The notes: generated from the sequence alone by a model not told the origin. A DNA stretch of 29,628 nt from Thermotogota bacterium (GCA_039679545.1 JBDKUT010000032.1:1-29628), one strand, 5' to 3'. Positions 17,359 to 26,838 are shown, counted from the stretch's first letter. Numbers and translations are program-made.

Positions 17359-18833
17359 GCGCGCGCCAGCTCCTTGCGCAGCCCGACGCGATCGTTGAAC
17401 GCCTCGATCCGTTCGTCAATCGCGGCGACTGATTCATGAATTCGGTCCCAGTACGCAGGGTAGTCGTACCACTGTGCATTCAGCTCGTCGACGGAGTGGC
17501 CGAGCTGCTCAACCCACGTGAAGTACTTCAGGTTGTGGATTCGCTTGCGCTCTCGGTACCCGAGTTCGAGGGCGTTGTCGGTCTTGATTCCGTGCAGGTG
17601 CGCGTGGAGGTCGATGGCGGCCCGCGTCTCAGTGTACGTCCCGTTCGCCTTCTCCAGCTCGGCTAGGCGGGTTCGGTAGAGCTCCATGGAGTCGGTGAGC
17701 ACCGTGAGGACGATGTCGCCTTCTCCGAGTTCGTAGTACTTGGCGAACTTGATCGACGAGAGCAGGTTCGCCACGCCCGAGATCCCGAGAAGGTCGAGGC
17801 GGTCGACGAGCTCCGCGGCGATCCCTTGGCGTTTCAAGTAGGCACGCCCAGCGGGCTCGTTGAACAGCCGGATCAGCGCCATCGTGTCCGCGTCGTCGAT
17901 GGCCACGACCATGTCCGTGTTGCGAACGTTGTGGATCCACGGGACGTGCTTGTCGCCGATCCCTTCGATGCGGTGCGCGCCAAAGCCGTTCTCGAGGAGC
18001 GTCGGGCACTGCAGCGCCTCCGAGACGGCGAGCTTGCTCCGCGGGTATCGCTCCTTCAGGTAGTCGCCGCACCCCATCGTTCCGGACGATCCTGAGGTGA
18101 GGACGACGCCGGCGTAGCTCCCGCCCCGCAACTCGGCCTGGAGAACCTCCTCCATCGCGTGCCCCGTGACCTCGTAGTGCCAGAGGTGGTTTCCGGGCTC
18201 GTCGAACTGGTTGAAGATCATGACGTTGTCCCGCGTCGCTTCGAGCTCCTTGCACTTCTGGAAGATCTCCCAGACGTTCGACTCCGAGCCCGGCGTGGCG
18301 ATGACTTCCCCGGCGATCTTCGCCAGCCATTCGAACCGCTCGCGCGACATCCCTTCCGGGAGGATGGCGATCGATTCGCAGCCGAGGAGGTTCGAGTTGT
18401 AGGCCCCGCCGCGGCAGTAGTTGCCCGTGGAGGGCCAGACGGCCTTGTGGAACGTCGGGTCGAATTGCCCGGTCACGAGGCGAGGAGCCAGACACCCGAA
18501 CGTGGCGCCGACCTTGTGGGCGCCGGTGGGGAACCACGTCCCGACGAGCGCGATGATCCTGGCCCGGACCCCCGTGAGCTCGCTCGGAAACTCGACGGCG
18601 TTCACGCCGCCAAACCCGCCGCCCTTCTGCACCGGCTCGTTCTTCCACGTGATGCGGAACAGGTTCAGCGGATGGAGGTCCCACAACCCGATCGACCCGA
18701 GCTTCTTCACGATGGGAGCCGGAATCTTCCTCGGGTCTTTCATCTCGGCGAACGTCGGAACGACGATCCCCCTCTCCCGTGCGCGCTCGACGGTTCGCTT
18801 CAGCTGTGCAGGATGCTCTTTCAGATCGATCAT
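17355..18833 (-). CDS. Fold-type II PLP-dependent enzyme (long cysteine-synthase-like family), 492 aa
   Basis: GAHKVGA PLP lysine, PSTGNYC, NQF, SGSSGTMG phosphate loop, HRIEGIG; GAGGAG RBS before MIDLK. Confidence 0.87.
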   Translation of the reverse strand: MIDLKEHPAQLKRTVERARERGIVVPTFAEMKDPRKIPAPIVKKLGSIGLWDLHPLNLFRITWKNEPVQKGGGFGGVNAVEFPSELTGVRARIIALVGTWFPTGAHKVGATFGCLAPRLVTGQFDPTFHKAVWPSTGNYCRGGAYNSNLLGCESIAILPEGMSRERFEWLAKIAGEVIATPGSESNVWEIFQKCKELEATRDNVMIFNQFDEPGNHLWHYEVTGHAMEEVLQAELRGGSYAGVVLTSGSSGTMGCGDYLKERYPRSKLAVSEALQCPTLLENGFGAHRIEGIGDKHVPWIHNVRNTDMVVAIDDADTMALIRLFNEPAGRAYLKRQGIAAELVDRLDLLGISGVANLLSSIKFAKYYELGEGDIVLTVLTDSMELYRTRLAELEKANGTYTETRAAIDLHAHLHGIKTDNALELGYRERKRIHNLKYFTWVEQLGHSVDELNAQWYDYPAYWDRIHESVAAIDERIEAFNDRVGLRKELARA

Positions 18834-18890
18834 TCGGTCTCTCCTCGAGCCCCACGGCCTCTGTGGATCTCTCCGATGCAGTCTCGCCGG

Positions 18891-18932
18891 TTGAGGCCTC
18901 GTTCGGGCAATGCTATCATGCTGTCTGACCAA
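18891..18932 (+). promoter_or_regulatory. Sigma70-type promoter for the dihydropyrimidinase gene with a candidate operator
   Basis: TTGAGG-17 nt-TATCAT with an extended -10 TG, followed by GTCTGACCAA. Confidence 0.6.
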
Positions 18933-18971
18933 TTCGCAAGATTCCGCATTCCGCCGCGAAATGGGGAGCCC

Positions 18972-20333
18972 ATGCATGATCTCGTCATCCGCAACGGAAC
19001 CCTGGTCAGTCCGCTTGCCGTTTTGTCGTCCGACATCGCCGTCGATGGGGAACGGGTTGCCGCCGTCGGTCCCGCGCTTCGAGGACGTCGCGAGATCGAT
19101 GCGACGGGGCTCCTCGTCTTCCCGGGCGTGATCGACGCCCACGTTCACATGGCGCTACCTGTCGCTGAAACCCACTCGAGCGATGACTTCCTCTCCGGAA
19201 GCCAGGCCGCCGCATGCGGCGGGGTCACGACGATCGTCGACTTCACCATCGGCGCCCCTGAGCGAACGATCCCACAAGGGATCGAAGAACGCCTCGCCGA
19301 GGCGGCCCCGGCGATCGTCGACTACGCCCTCCACGGAGAGGTCGTCGGCTGGCGCGCGGGGCGGGAACGCGAGTTCCGCGACGCGGTGGATCTCGGGGTC
19401 TCGAGCTTCAAGTTCTATACGACGTACGCCGCGTCGGGACGACGGACGGCGCCGCGCGAGATGGCGGCGGCGTTCCGCGAGCTGGCCCGACTGCGCGCCT
19501 TGGCGGTGGTCCACGCCGAGGACGACGGTCTGATCCAATCGATCGCCGCGCGCTTGACAGACGAGGACCGCGGCCGAATGCGAACGCTGGCCGCGGCGCG
19601 CCCCGACCTCGCAGAGCAGGCCGCGATCTCGCAGGTCACGGGAGCCGCACGCAGAGCCGGCTGCCCCCTGCACATCGTGCACGTGAGTTCGCGCATCGGC
19701 CTCGACGCGGTCCGCGCGGCACGATCCGACGGGGCGTCCCTCAGCGCGGAGACCTGCCCGCAGTACCTTCTCCTGACGAGCGCCGTCTACGACCGCGACG
19801 ACGGGCGCCTCTTCTCGGCGGCGCCGCCGCTGCGAACGGACGGCGACCGCGAGGCGCTGTGGGCCGGACTCCGCAGCCAGGACCTCGACTACGTCGCCAC
19901 GGACCACTGCCCGTTCACCTGCGAGCAGAAGGCGTGGCGCGGTTCGTTCCTCGATCTCCCGTACGGACTCCCGGGCGTCGAGACGCTCTTACCGCTCCTC
20001 TACACCGAAGGCGTCGCCACGGGGCGCCTCCACCTGACCGACCTCGCTCGGATCCTCTCCGAGCGCCCGGCGAAGCGGCTGGGCATCTACCCGCGCAAGG
20101 GAGCCCTCGACGTCGGGTCCGACGCCGACGTCGCCCTGTACGATCCGAACGGGGAGTCGAAGGTCGCCGCGGCGAGCCTCCACTCCCGCACCGACTTCTC
20201 CCCTTACGAAGGCCGATCGATCGTCGGTCGTGTGGTCGGAGCTTTGTCGAGGGGCGAAGTCATCTACGAAATGGGACACATCGCGGCAGTCCCCGGTCGG
20301 GGCCGCCATGTCCACACCGGAGGTAATCGGTAG
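18972..20333 (+). CDS. hydA: Dihydropyrimidinase / D-hydantoinase (HyuA/HydA family)
   Basis: PGVIDAHVH, GGVTTIVDF, SFKFY (carboxylated Lys), VHAED, VHVSS, ETCPQYL, ATDHCPF, GSDAD. Confidence 0.9.
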   Translation: MHDLVIRNGTLVSPLAVLSSDIAVDGERVAAVGPALRGRREIDATGLLVFPGVIDAHVHMALPVAETHSSDDFLSGSQAAACGGVTTIVDFTIGAPERTIPQGIEERLAEAAPAIVDYALHGEVVGWRAGREREFRDAVDLGVSSFKFYTTYAASGRRTAPREMAAAFRELARLRALAVVHAEDDGLIQSIAARLTDEDRGRMRTLAAARPDLAEQAAISQVTGAARRAGCPLHIVHVSSRIGLDAVRAARSDGASLSAETCPQYLLLTSAVYDRDDGRLFSAAPPLRTDGDREALWAGLRSQDLDYVATDHCPFTCEQKAWRGSFLDLPYGLPGVETLLPLLYTEGVATGRLHLTDLARILSERPAKRLGIYPRKGALDVGSDADVALYDPNGESKVAAASLHSRTDFSPYEGRSIVGRVVGALSRGEVIYEMGHIAAVPGRGRHVHTGGNR

Positions 20334-20368
20334 GTCCCCGAAGGCCGGTAGCTGGCAAGGCCTCGGCG

Positions 20369-20418
20369 TTGCGGCCTGCGGAGGACGGTGTACAATCCCG
20401 TCTGACAAGCTGACCACC
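20369..20418 (+). promoter_or_regulatory. Possible promoter and operator upstream of the AOR operon
   Basis: TTGCGG-16 nt-TACAAT followed by GTCTGACAAGCTGACCA. Confidence 0.5.
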
Positions 20419-20503
20419 AAACAGGACGCAGGAGGGGGAAACAGAGCCTCGCACACTCTCTCGCAGCCCGGCCGGGCCGAGCGCGCGAGCTAGAGCTCTC
20501 AAG

Positions 20504-22360
20504 ATGCGGAAGACGGCGTACGTAGATCTTTCTCTCGGCACGACCGAGATTGTCGACACGCCGAGGAATCGACTCGACGAGTTCCTCGGCGGTCGAGGGT
20601 ACGGCGCAAGCCTGCTCTGTGACCTGGTTTCCCCGGGCGTCGCACCGCTCGACCCAGAGAACGCCCTCGTCCTGACGTCGGGGCTCTTTTCCGGCACGCC
20701 ATGGCCGGCCGCTTCCCGCTACCACCTCACGTTCCGATCGCCGCTCACCGGGTGCTATGGGTATTCCAATGCCGGCGGCAAGGTCGGCCCGTTCCTCGCA
20801 GCGTGCGGCTTCGACGCGCTCGTCGTGCGCGGTCGCGCCGAGGAACCGATGTACCTGCTCGTGGGCCGCGGGTCGGTCGCCACCCTGCCGGCCGGCGACC
20901 TCTGGGGGAAGACGACACGAGAGACCGAGGAGGCCCTCCACACGCGATGCCCAGACGCCGCGGTCGCCGGCATCGGGCCGGCGGGCGAGAACGGCGTCCG
21001 GTTTGCCGCGGTCATCAACGACGGCGGTCGCGCGGCGGCGCGCACGGGGGGCGGCGCCGTGTTCGGATCGAAGAACCTGAAGGCCGTCGTCGTTGAGAAG
21101 ACCCCGCCCGATCGGGCGCCGAAGCCGTTCCTCGCCGAGGCACGACGAGCAACCGAGCAGCTGCTCTCCGCCCCGTCCATTCCGAACCTGAGCCGGTGGG
21201 GAACCCCCTTTCTGACGGCCATCAAGAACGAGATCGGCGACCTGCCCGCAAAGAACCATCAGCGGGGGCAGGTCCCGTTCATCGATCGGATCGACGCCGA
21301 GGCGCTCGAGGCCTACAAGTCGGAGGTCAAAGGCTGCTTGGGCTGTCCGATCCGGTGCGGCCGAATCTCGACGGTTCGCGACGGCGCCTACGCCTGCACG
21401 ACGGCGGGGCCGGAGTACGAGACCGTCGACTCCCTCGGGCCGCAGTGCGACTGCTCCGATCCGGAAGTCATCATCTACGCCAACATGCTCTGCAACGAGC
21501 TCGGCCTCGATACGCTGTCGACCGGCGCCGCGATCGCGTTCGCCATGGAGTGTCACGAGCGCGGGCTGCTCAACGACGCGACCCTGTCACTCGAGTGGGG
21601 AGATCCCAAGACCGTTGTCGGGGCGATCCGCCAAATCTCCGCGCGGAACGGGATCGGCGACCTCCTGGCTTCTGGTGTACGCGCGGCCGCGGCCGCCTTG
21701 GGCGGCGAGGCCGGCCGGTACGCCATGGAGGTCAAGGGCCTCGAGATCCCATCGCAGGAAGGCCGCGTGGCGAAGAGCTTCGGCCTCGGGCACGCGACGT
21801 CGAACCGCGGCGCCGACCACCTCTACGCACTGCCGACGATCGACACCGCGGGGCTCGAGGAGGCCGCTCGCATGCACCTCGCCCACGTCTTGCCCGACGT
21901 TATGGACCCGAGCGACGAGCGCCACAAGCCCGACCTCGTGGTCTTCAGCGAGCACTACTGCGCCGTGGCCGACTCGCTCGGCGTGTGCAAGTTCAGCACG
22001 GTGGAAACCCATCCGCTGCACCCGGAGGACCTCGCCCGCGGGGCCCGCGCCCTCGGCGTGGAGACAACGGCCGACGACCTCCTGCGCGTCGGCGAGCGCA
22101 TCGTCAACCTGGAACGGATGTTCAACGTCCGACTCGGGCTTTCGTCCAAGGATGACCGGCTTCCCACCCGATTCACGGAAGAGCCGATGCCCGTGGAGCG
22201 AGGCGGACGGACGACGCACCACGTGATCGAGGATTTCGACGGAATGCTCGCCCGCTACTACAGGCTGCGCGGCTGGGACGAGGACGGGATTCCGACGCCG
22301 GAGACGCTCCGGAGGTTGGGCCTCGAACGGTGGCGGGGCGACGTCGGAGGGCGAGAATGA
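20504..22360 (+). CDS. Aldehyde:ferredoxin oxidoreductase family protein (W/Mo bis-pterin), copy 1
   Basis: FLGGRG, SPLTG, IGPAGEN, GSKNLKA, CLGCPIRC, PEYET, GLDTLSTG, TSNRGADH, DSLGVC, DDRLP, YYRLRGWD. Confidence 0.93.
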   Translation: MRKTAYVDLSLGTTEIVDTPRNRLDEFLGGRGYGASLLCDLVSPGVAPLDPENALVLTSGLFSGTPWPAASRYHLTFRSPLTGCYGYSNAGGKVGPFLAACGFDALVVRGRAEEPMYLLVGRGSVATLPAGDLWGKTTRETEEALHTRCPDAAVAGIGPAGENGVRFAAVINDGGRAAARTGGGAVFGSKNLKAVVVEKTPPDRAPKPFLAEARRATEQLLSAPSIPNLSRWGTPFLTAIKNEIGDLPAKNHQRGQVPFIDRIDAEALEAYKSEVKGCLGCPIRCGRISTVRDGAYACTTAGPEYETVDSLGPQCDCSDPEVIIYANMLCNELGLDTLSTGAAIAFAMECHERGLLNDATLSLEWGDPKTVVGAIRQISARNGIGDLLASGVRAAAAALGGEAGRYAMEVKGLEIPSQEGRVAKSFGLGHATSNRGADHLYALPTIDTAGLEEAARMHLAHVLPDVMDPSDERHKPDLVVFSEHYCAVADSLGVCKFSTVETHPLHPEDLARGARALGVETTADDLLRVGERIVNLERMFNVRLGLSSKDDRLPTRFTEEPMPVERGGRTTHHVIEDFDGMLARYYRLRGWDEDGIPTPETLRRLGLERWRGDVGGRE

Positions 22361-24267
22361 GCCGGACCGGCGGGTATGCAGGCCAGTACCTACGGATCGA
22401 TCTCTCGAGCGGCGAGATCGCCGCGGCCGATACGCCGCAGGCGCTCCGCCTTCGCTACCTCGGGGGAAACGGCTTCGGCGTTCGCATCCTCTGGGACGAG
22501 GTTTCGCCCGCCGTCGACGCCCTTTCGCCGGAGAGCGATCTGATCCTCGCGTCCGGTCCTTTGTGCGGCACGGCCTGGCCGACCTCCGGGCGCTTCGAGG
22601 CGATCGCGAAGTCCCCGCTCACCGGCATCTACGGCGACGCCAACTGCGGCGGGACGTTCGGCCCGGAGCTGAAACGGAGCGGCTACGACTTCCTCGTCTT
22701 CACCGGCCGAGCGGACCGCCCCGTGTGGCTCTGGATTGACGACGGCCGCGCGAGGCTCGAGGACGCCGGGAGGCTTTGGGGGCTCGACACGGTCGAGACG
22801 GAGGCCGCGGTCCGGCGGGCGAAGGCCGACGATCGAGTCATGGTCGCCTGCGTCGGTCCCGCGGCGGAGACCGGCGTACGCTACGCGTCCATCCAAGCCT
22901 CGCCGAACCGCAGCCTCGCCCGGACGGGCGTGGGCACAGTGATGGGCGGGAAGCGGCTGAAGGCGATCGCCGTCCGCGGGTCACGTCCCGTGCCGATTGC
23001 CTCGCCGGCCGAGTTCACCCGGCTCGCACGGGCGATGCACGAGCGGATCCGGAGAAACGAGTTCTACCCTTCGATCTCGCGCCACGGGACTTCGGGTCTC
23101 GTCCCCGTGGTGAACGAGATCGGGCGGTTCCCGACGCGCAACTTCCAGTCCGGCGACTTCGCCGCCGCGGACCGAATCGCCGGCGACACCCTGCGCCGCG
23201 ATCACTGGGTGAAGGACTTCGGGTGCTTCGGCTGCCCGATCCGCTGCGACAAGGTCTTCCACGTGGCGTCCGGGGAGTTCGCAGGGGCGGTAACGTCGAG
23301 CCTCGAATACGAGACCCTGAATGCGTTCGGCGCCGCGGTCGGAAACGACGACCTCCCGTCCATCATCCGCGCGAACGAGCGGTGCGACCGCCTGGGAATG
23401 GACACCATCTCGGCCGGGCGGTCGATCTCGTTCGCGTTCGAACTCTACGAGAAGGGCATCCTGACCAAGGTGGACGCGGACGGCCTCGAGCTGCGGTGGG
23501 GCAACTACCACACCGTGCTCGAGCTGATCGAGAAGATCGCCCGCCGCGAGGGTCTCGGCGACCTCCTCTCGCTCGGGGTGCGCGAGGCGGCGCGCCGCAT
23601 CGGCCGGGGCGCCGAGGAGTACGCCATGGAGGTCAAGGGACTCGAGATCCCCGCTCAGGATGGGCGGGCCCAGCAGTCGATGGGGCTCGCGCACATCACG
23701 TCAAGCCGCGGAGCCGATCACCTGAAGGCGTTCCCGACGATCGACGAGACCGGGAGCCCGAACGAGGTCGCTCGACGCTACGGCGCCGAGTTCCTGCCGG
23801 ACATGGCGAACCCCCACGCGACGAAACACAAACCGTTCCTGGTGAAAGACGGCGAGGACTTCGGTGCGGTCGTCGACTCGATCGGCGTCTGCAAGTCCGG
23901 CGGAACGTTCGTGATGGCCGAGGTCTACTGGCCGGACCTCGCAGAAGGTTTGACGTACGCGACCGGGGTCGAGACGACGGCCGGCGACCTGCGCGAAACC
24001 GGCGAACGGATCTACAACCTCATGCGCGCCTACAACGCCGTCCACGGGATCACCCGCGTCGACGACCGGCTCCCCCGTCGCTTCAAGGAGGAGCCGTCTC
24101 CGTCGATGGGCGCGCGTGGCGAGGTCGCCCACGCCGAGGAGATGCTCGACGAGTACTACGCGCTCCGCGGCTGGGACACCGAGCGCGGCTGGCCGACGCC
24201 CGACACGCTCCGCCGCCTCGAGCTCTCCGACGTGGCGGCCCGGCTGGAGGTGCTCCGACATGGATGA
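22357..24267 (+). CDS. Aldehyde:ferredoxin oxidoreductase family protein, copy 2
   Basis: YLGGNG, KSPLTG, CFGCPIRC, LEYET, GMDTISAG, SSRGADH, DSIGVC, YYALRGWD; ATGA overlap with copy 1. Confidence 0.93.
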   Translation: MSRTGGYAGQYLRIDLSSGEIAAADTPQALRLRYLGGNGFGVRILWDEVSPAVDALSPESDLILASGPLCGTAWPTSGRFEAIAKSPLTGIYGDANCGGTFGPELKRSGYDFLVFTGRADRPVWLWIDDGRARLEDAGRLWGLDTVETEAAVRRAKADDRVMVACVGPAAETGVRYASIQASPNRSLARTGVGTVMGGKRLKAIAVRGSRPVPIASPAEFTRLARAMHERIRRNEFYPSISRHGTSGLVPVVNEIGRFPTRNFQSGDFAAADRIAGDTLRRDHWVKDFGCFGCPIRCDKVFHVASGEFAGAVTSSLEYETLNAFGAAVGNDDLPSIIRANERCDRLGMDTISAGRSISFAFELYEKGILTKVDADGLELRWGNYHTVLELIEKIARREGLGDLLSLGVREAARRIGRGAEEYAMEVKGLEIPAQDGRAQQSMGLAHITSSRGADHLKAFPTIDETGSPNEVARRYGAEFLPDMANPHATKHKPFLVKDGEDFGAVVDSIGVCKSGGTFVMAEVYWPDLAEGLTYATGVETTAGDLRETGERIYNLMRAYNAVHGITRVDDRLPRRFKEEPSPSMGARGEVAHAEEMLDEYYALRGWDTERGWPTPDTLRRLELSDVAARLEVLRHG

Positions 24268-25579
24268 GCGGATCCTTCTCGGCGGGGCCTTGCTGACGGC
24301 GGCCGACGCCGAACTCCGGACGGGGTGGGGCGTGCGAATCGTGGACGGCACGGTCGCCGAAGTAGGACCCAACGAGGCCCTTGCCAAAACGCGGCGGGGG
24401 ATCGAGACGATCGACGCGCGCGACCTTCTCCTTATGCCGGGGTTCGTCAACGCGCACATGCACTCCTACGGCCTCCTGGCGCACGGCATTCCCCTTGCGC
24501 AGCCGCCGGCCGGGTTCTACCCGTTCCTGGCCGAGTTCTGGTGGCCGCGCGTCGAGGATCGCCTCGACGTCGCGATGGTCGAGGCTGCCTTCCGCCTCGC
24601 CTGCGCGAAGATGATCCGCTCCGGCGTCACGACCGTGTGCGACGTCCTCGAGGCGCCTCGCGCGGCGCCCGGCGTCCTCGACGTCGAGGCCCGCGTCGCC
24701 GAGGAGGCCGGAATCCGAGCCGTGCTCTCGCTCGAGGCGTCCGAGCGTCACGGGCCGGCCGCGGCACGGGCGGCGCTGTTCGAGAATGCTGGGTTCGCCG
24801 CGACGCACGGGACGGGGCGCGTGACTGGGATGATGAGCCTCCACACGTCCTTCTCCTGCTCGGAAACATTCGTGCGCGAAGGAAAGGCGCTCGCCGTCGA
24901 GTCGGGCGTCCGCATCCACCTTCATCTCTCCGAGAGCGACGACGAGCCGTCGTTCACCCTCGAGCGATACGGACTGCGGCCCGCGATTTGGTACGACCGG
25001 TTGGAGTTCTGGGACAACTCGGTGCTCGCCTCCCAGGGCGTTGCCCTCGACGCGGACGAGATTGCGGTGCTGGCGAAGCGGCGGGTCCGCCTCGCCCACA
25101 TGCCGGCGAGCAACTGCGAGGTCGGCGGAGGCGTCGCCCCCGTCCCGGAGATGCTCGAGGCCGGGATGCACCCCGGCCTCGGCACCGACGGGTACATCAA
25201 CGACCCGTTCGAGGTCATGCGCGCCGCGTTCCTCGTTCACAAGGGAGTCCGGCGCGACGCCCGTGTCATGCCGGCGCGCACGGTTCTCGCGATGGCCACG
25301 TCGTGGGGCGCTGACGCCGTCGGCGTCAACTCGGGCGTCTTGGCGCCGGGACGGCGCGCCGACGTGATCGGGGTTCGCCTCGACCTCGACACTCCGCTCA
25401 CACCCGAGAACGTCGCCGATCAACTCGTCCTCTACCGCTCTGGCACCGACGTGGCTCTCACGGTCGTCGACGGGCGGGTGCTCTTCCAAAACGGCGAACT
25501 CCTGACCGTCGACGCCGAGGCCGCACGCCGCGAAGCCCACGTTCAGGCGCGACGTCTGTGGAGGAAGGACGGGCAATGA
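24260..25579 (+). CDS. Metal-dependent amidohydrolase (SsnA / SAH-MTA deaminase-like)
   Basis: PGFVNAHMH, SGVTT, HLHLSE, PASN, GTDG, LAPGRRAD; GGAGG RBS. Confidence 0.88.
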   Translation: MDERILLGGALLTAADAELRTGWGVRIVDGTVAEVGPNEALAKTRRGIETIDARDLLLMPGFVNAHMHSYGLLAHGIPLAQPPAGFYPFLAEFWWPRVEDRLDVAMVEAAFRLACAKMIRSGVTTVCDVLEAPRAAPGVLDVEARVAEEAGIRAVLSLEASERHGPAAARAALFENAGFAATHGTGRVTGMMSLHTSFSCSETFVREGKALAVESGVRIHLHLSESDDEPSFTLERYGLRPAIWYDRLEFWDNSVLASQGVALDADEIAVLAKRRVRLAHMPASNCEVGGGVAPVPEMLEAGMHPGLGTDGYINDPFEVMRAAFLVHKGVRRDARVMPARTVLAMATSWGADAVGVNSGVLAPGRRADVIGVRLDLDTPLTPENVADQLVLYRSGTDVALTVVDGRVLFQNGELLTVDAEAARREAHVQARRLWRKDGQ

Positions 25580-26838
25580 CCGACCTCGCGACGAACCTGT
25601 GCGGCCTGAAGCTCCGGACACCCTTCGTGCTCGCCTCAGGTCCGCTCTCCTTTGACGGAGACGCCCTCGTGCGTGCCCACCGCGCCGGCGCGGGCGCCGT
25701 CGTCACGAAGACTGTCGGCGCGCAGGCGGCCGTGAACCTGGTGCCGCACATCGCGCGGTCGAGCGGCGGACTCCTGAATGCCGAACGCTGGTCCGATCTA
25801 CCTGCCGAACGTTGGATCGAGCGGGAGATCCCGCGCGCGCGCAAGGCCGGCGCCGTGGTCATCGCCAGCGTCGGATTGACTCGCGAGGACGTTCGCACGC
25901 TCGCCGCCGCTCTGGCCGAGGCGGGAGCCAGCGCGCTGGAGATCGTCTCATACGACGGAACCGCTCTGCCCGGCATGGTCGAAGAGGCGGCAAGTCTCGC
26001 CTCCGTGCCGGTGTTCGCCAAGGTGAGCGCCAATTGGCCGGACGTTGCCGCGATTGCGCGCGCCTGCCTCACAAGCGGTGCATCGGCCATCACGGCCATT
26101 GATTCGCTAGGACCTGCGTTGCGTTTCGACCTCGCCTCGCGCCGGCCGCGACTCGAAGGATACGGGTGGCTTTCGGGACGGCCGATTCTGCCCATCGCCC
26201 TGCGCGTTGTCGCCGACATCGCGCGCGAAACGGGATGCCCCATCGTCGGGACGGGGGGCGTCGCGACCGCCGACGAGGCCGTCGAGATGCTCTATGCGGG
26301 GGCAAGCGCCGTCGGAGTTTGCACGGCGCCCTTGCTGCGCGGCGTGTCCGTCTTCGGAGACCTCGTTCGTGGCCTGTCGGCGCGCCTCTCCTCTCTCGGA
26401 TTCGAGAGCGCGGTCGAGGCGACGGGCGCCGGCCTCCCGGGGCTCGTAGGCGCCTCGAACCGGACAAAGACCCGGGAAGGCTGGAGATTCACGTGGAGCC
26501 GTGAGATTTGCACGGATTGCGGAGCCTGCGTCCGCGTCTGTCCGTACGGGGCCCGACGGAGCACGGAAGTCGTCGCGGAAGGCGACTGCCGCGGTTGCGG
26601 ACTCTGCGCCGCGTCCTGCCCGACGGGGGCCCTCCTTCTTCTGCAAGGGGGAGGGGGCCCTTCTCCTGCGGAAAGAAGGGCGCCGTCTCGCGAAGGAGGC
26701 CCAGCCAGGAGACGCGCGAGTCCCTGCGCCCGCGGACCTTGCGCCGGAGGCGCTGGGCCTGTCCTCGAAGGCAGGGGTATCATCGAAGAGAACGACACAA
26801 GATGGAGCAGCGAAGGAGACGGCCATGCGGTTCAATAG
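25576..26838 (+). CDS. Dihydroorotate dehydrogenase / PreA-like flavoprotein with a C-terminal 2x[4Fe-4S] domain
   Basis: PFVLASGP, GAGAVVTKT, VPVFAK, GWLSG, PIVGTGGV, GASAVGVCT; CTDCGACVRVCP and CRGCGLCAASCP. Confidence 0.85.
   Translation: MTDLATNLCGLKLRTPFVLASGPLSFDGDALVRAHRAGAGAVVTKTVGAQAAVNLVPHIARSSGGLLNAERWSDLPAERWIEREIPRARKAGAVVIASVGLTREDVRTLAAALAEAGASALEIVSYDGTALPGMVEEAASLASVPVFAKVSANWPDVAAIARACLTSGASAITAIDSLGPALRFDLASRRPRLEGYGWLSGRPILPIALRVVADIARETGCPIVGTGGVATADEAVEMLYAGASAVGVCTAPLLRGVSVFGDLVRGLSARLSSLGFESAVEATGAGLPGLVGASNRTKTREGWRFTWSREICTDCGACVRVCPYGARRSTEVVAEGDCRGCGLCAASCPTGALLLLQGGGGPSPAERRAPSREGGPARRRASPCARGPCAGGAGPVLEGRGIIEENDTRWSSEGDGHAVQ

Noticed and set aside
18159..19148. 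Apparent long overlap between the PLP enzyme and dihydropyrimidinase ORFs
   Set aside because: Likely true starts are 18833 (-) and 18972 (+), leaving a normal divergent promoter region
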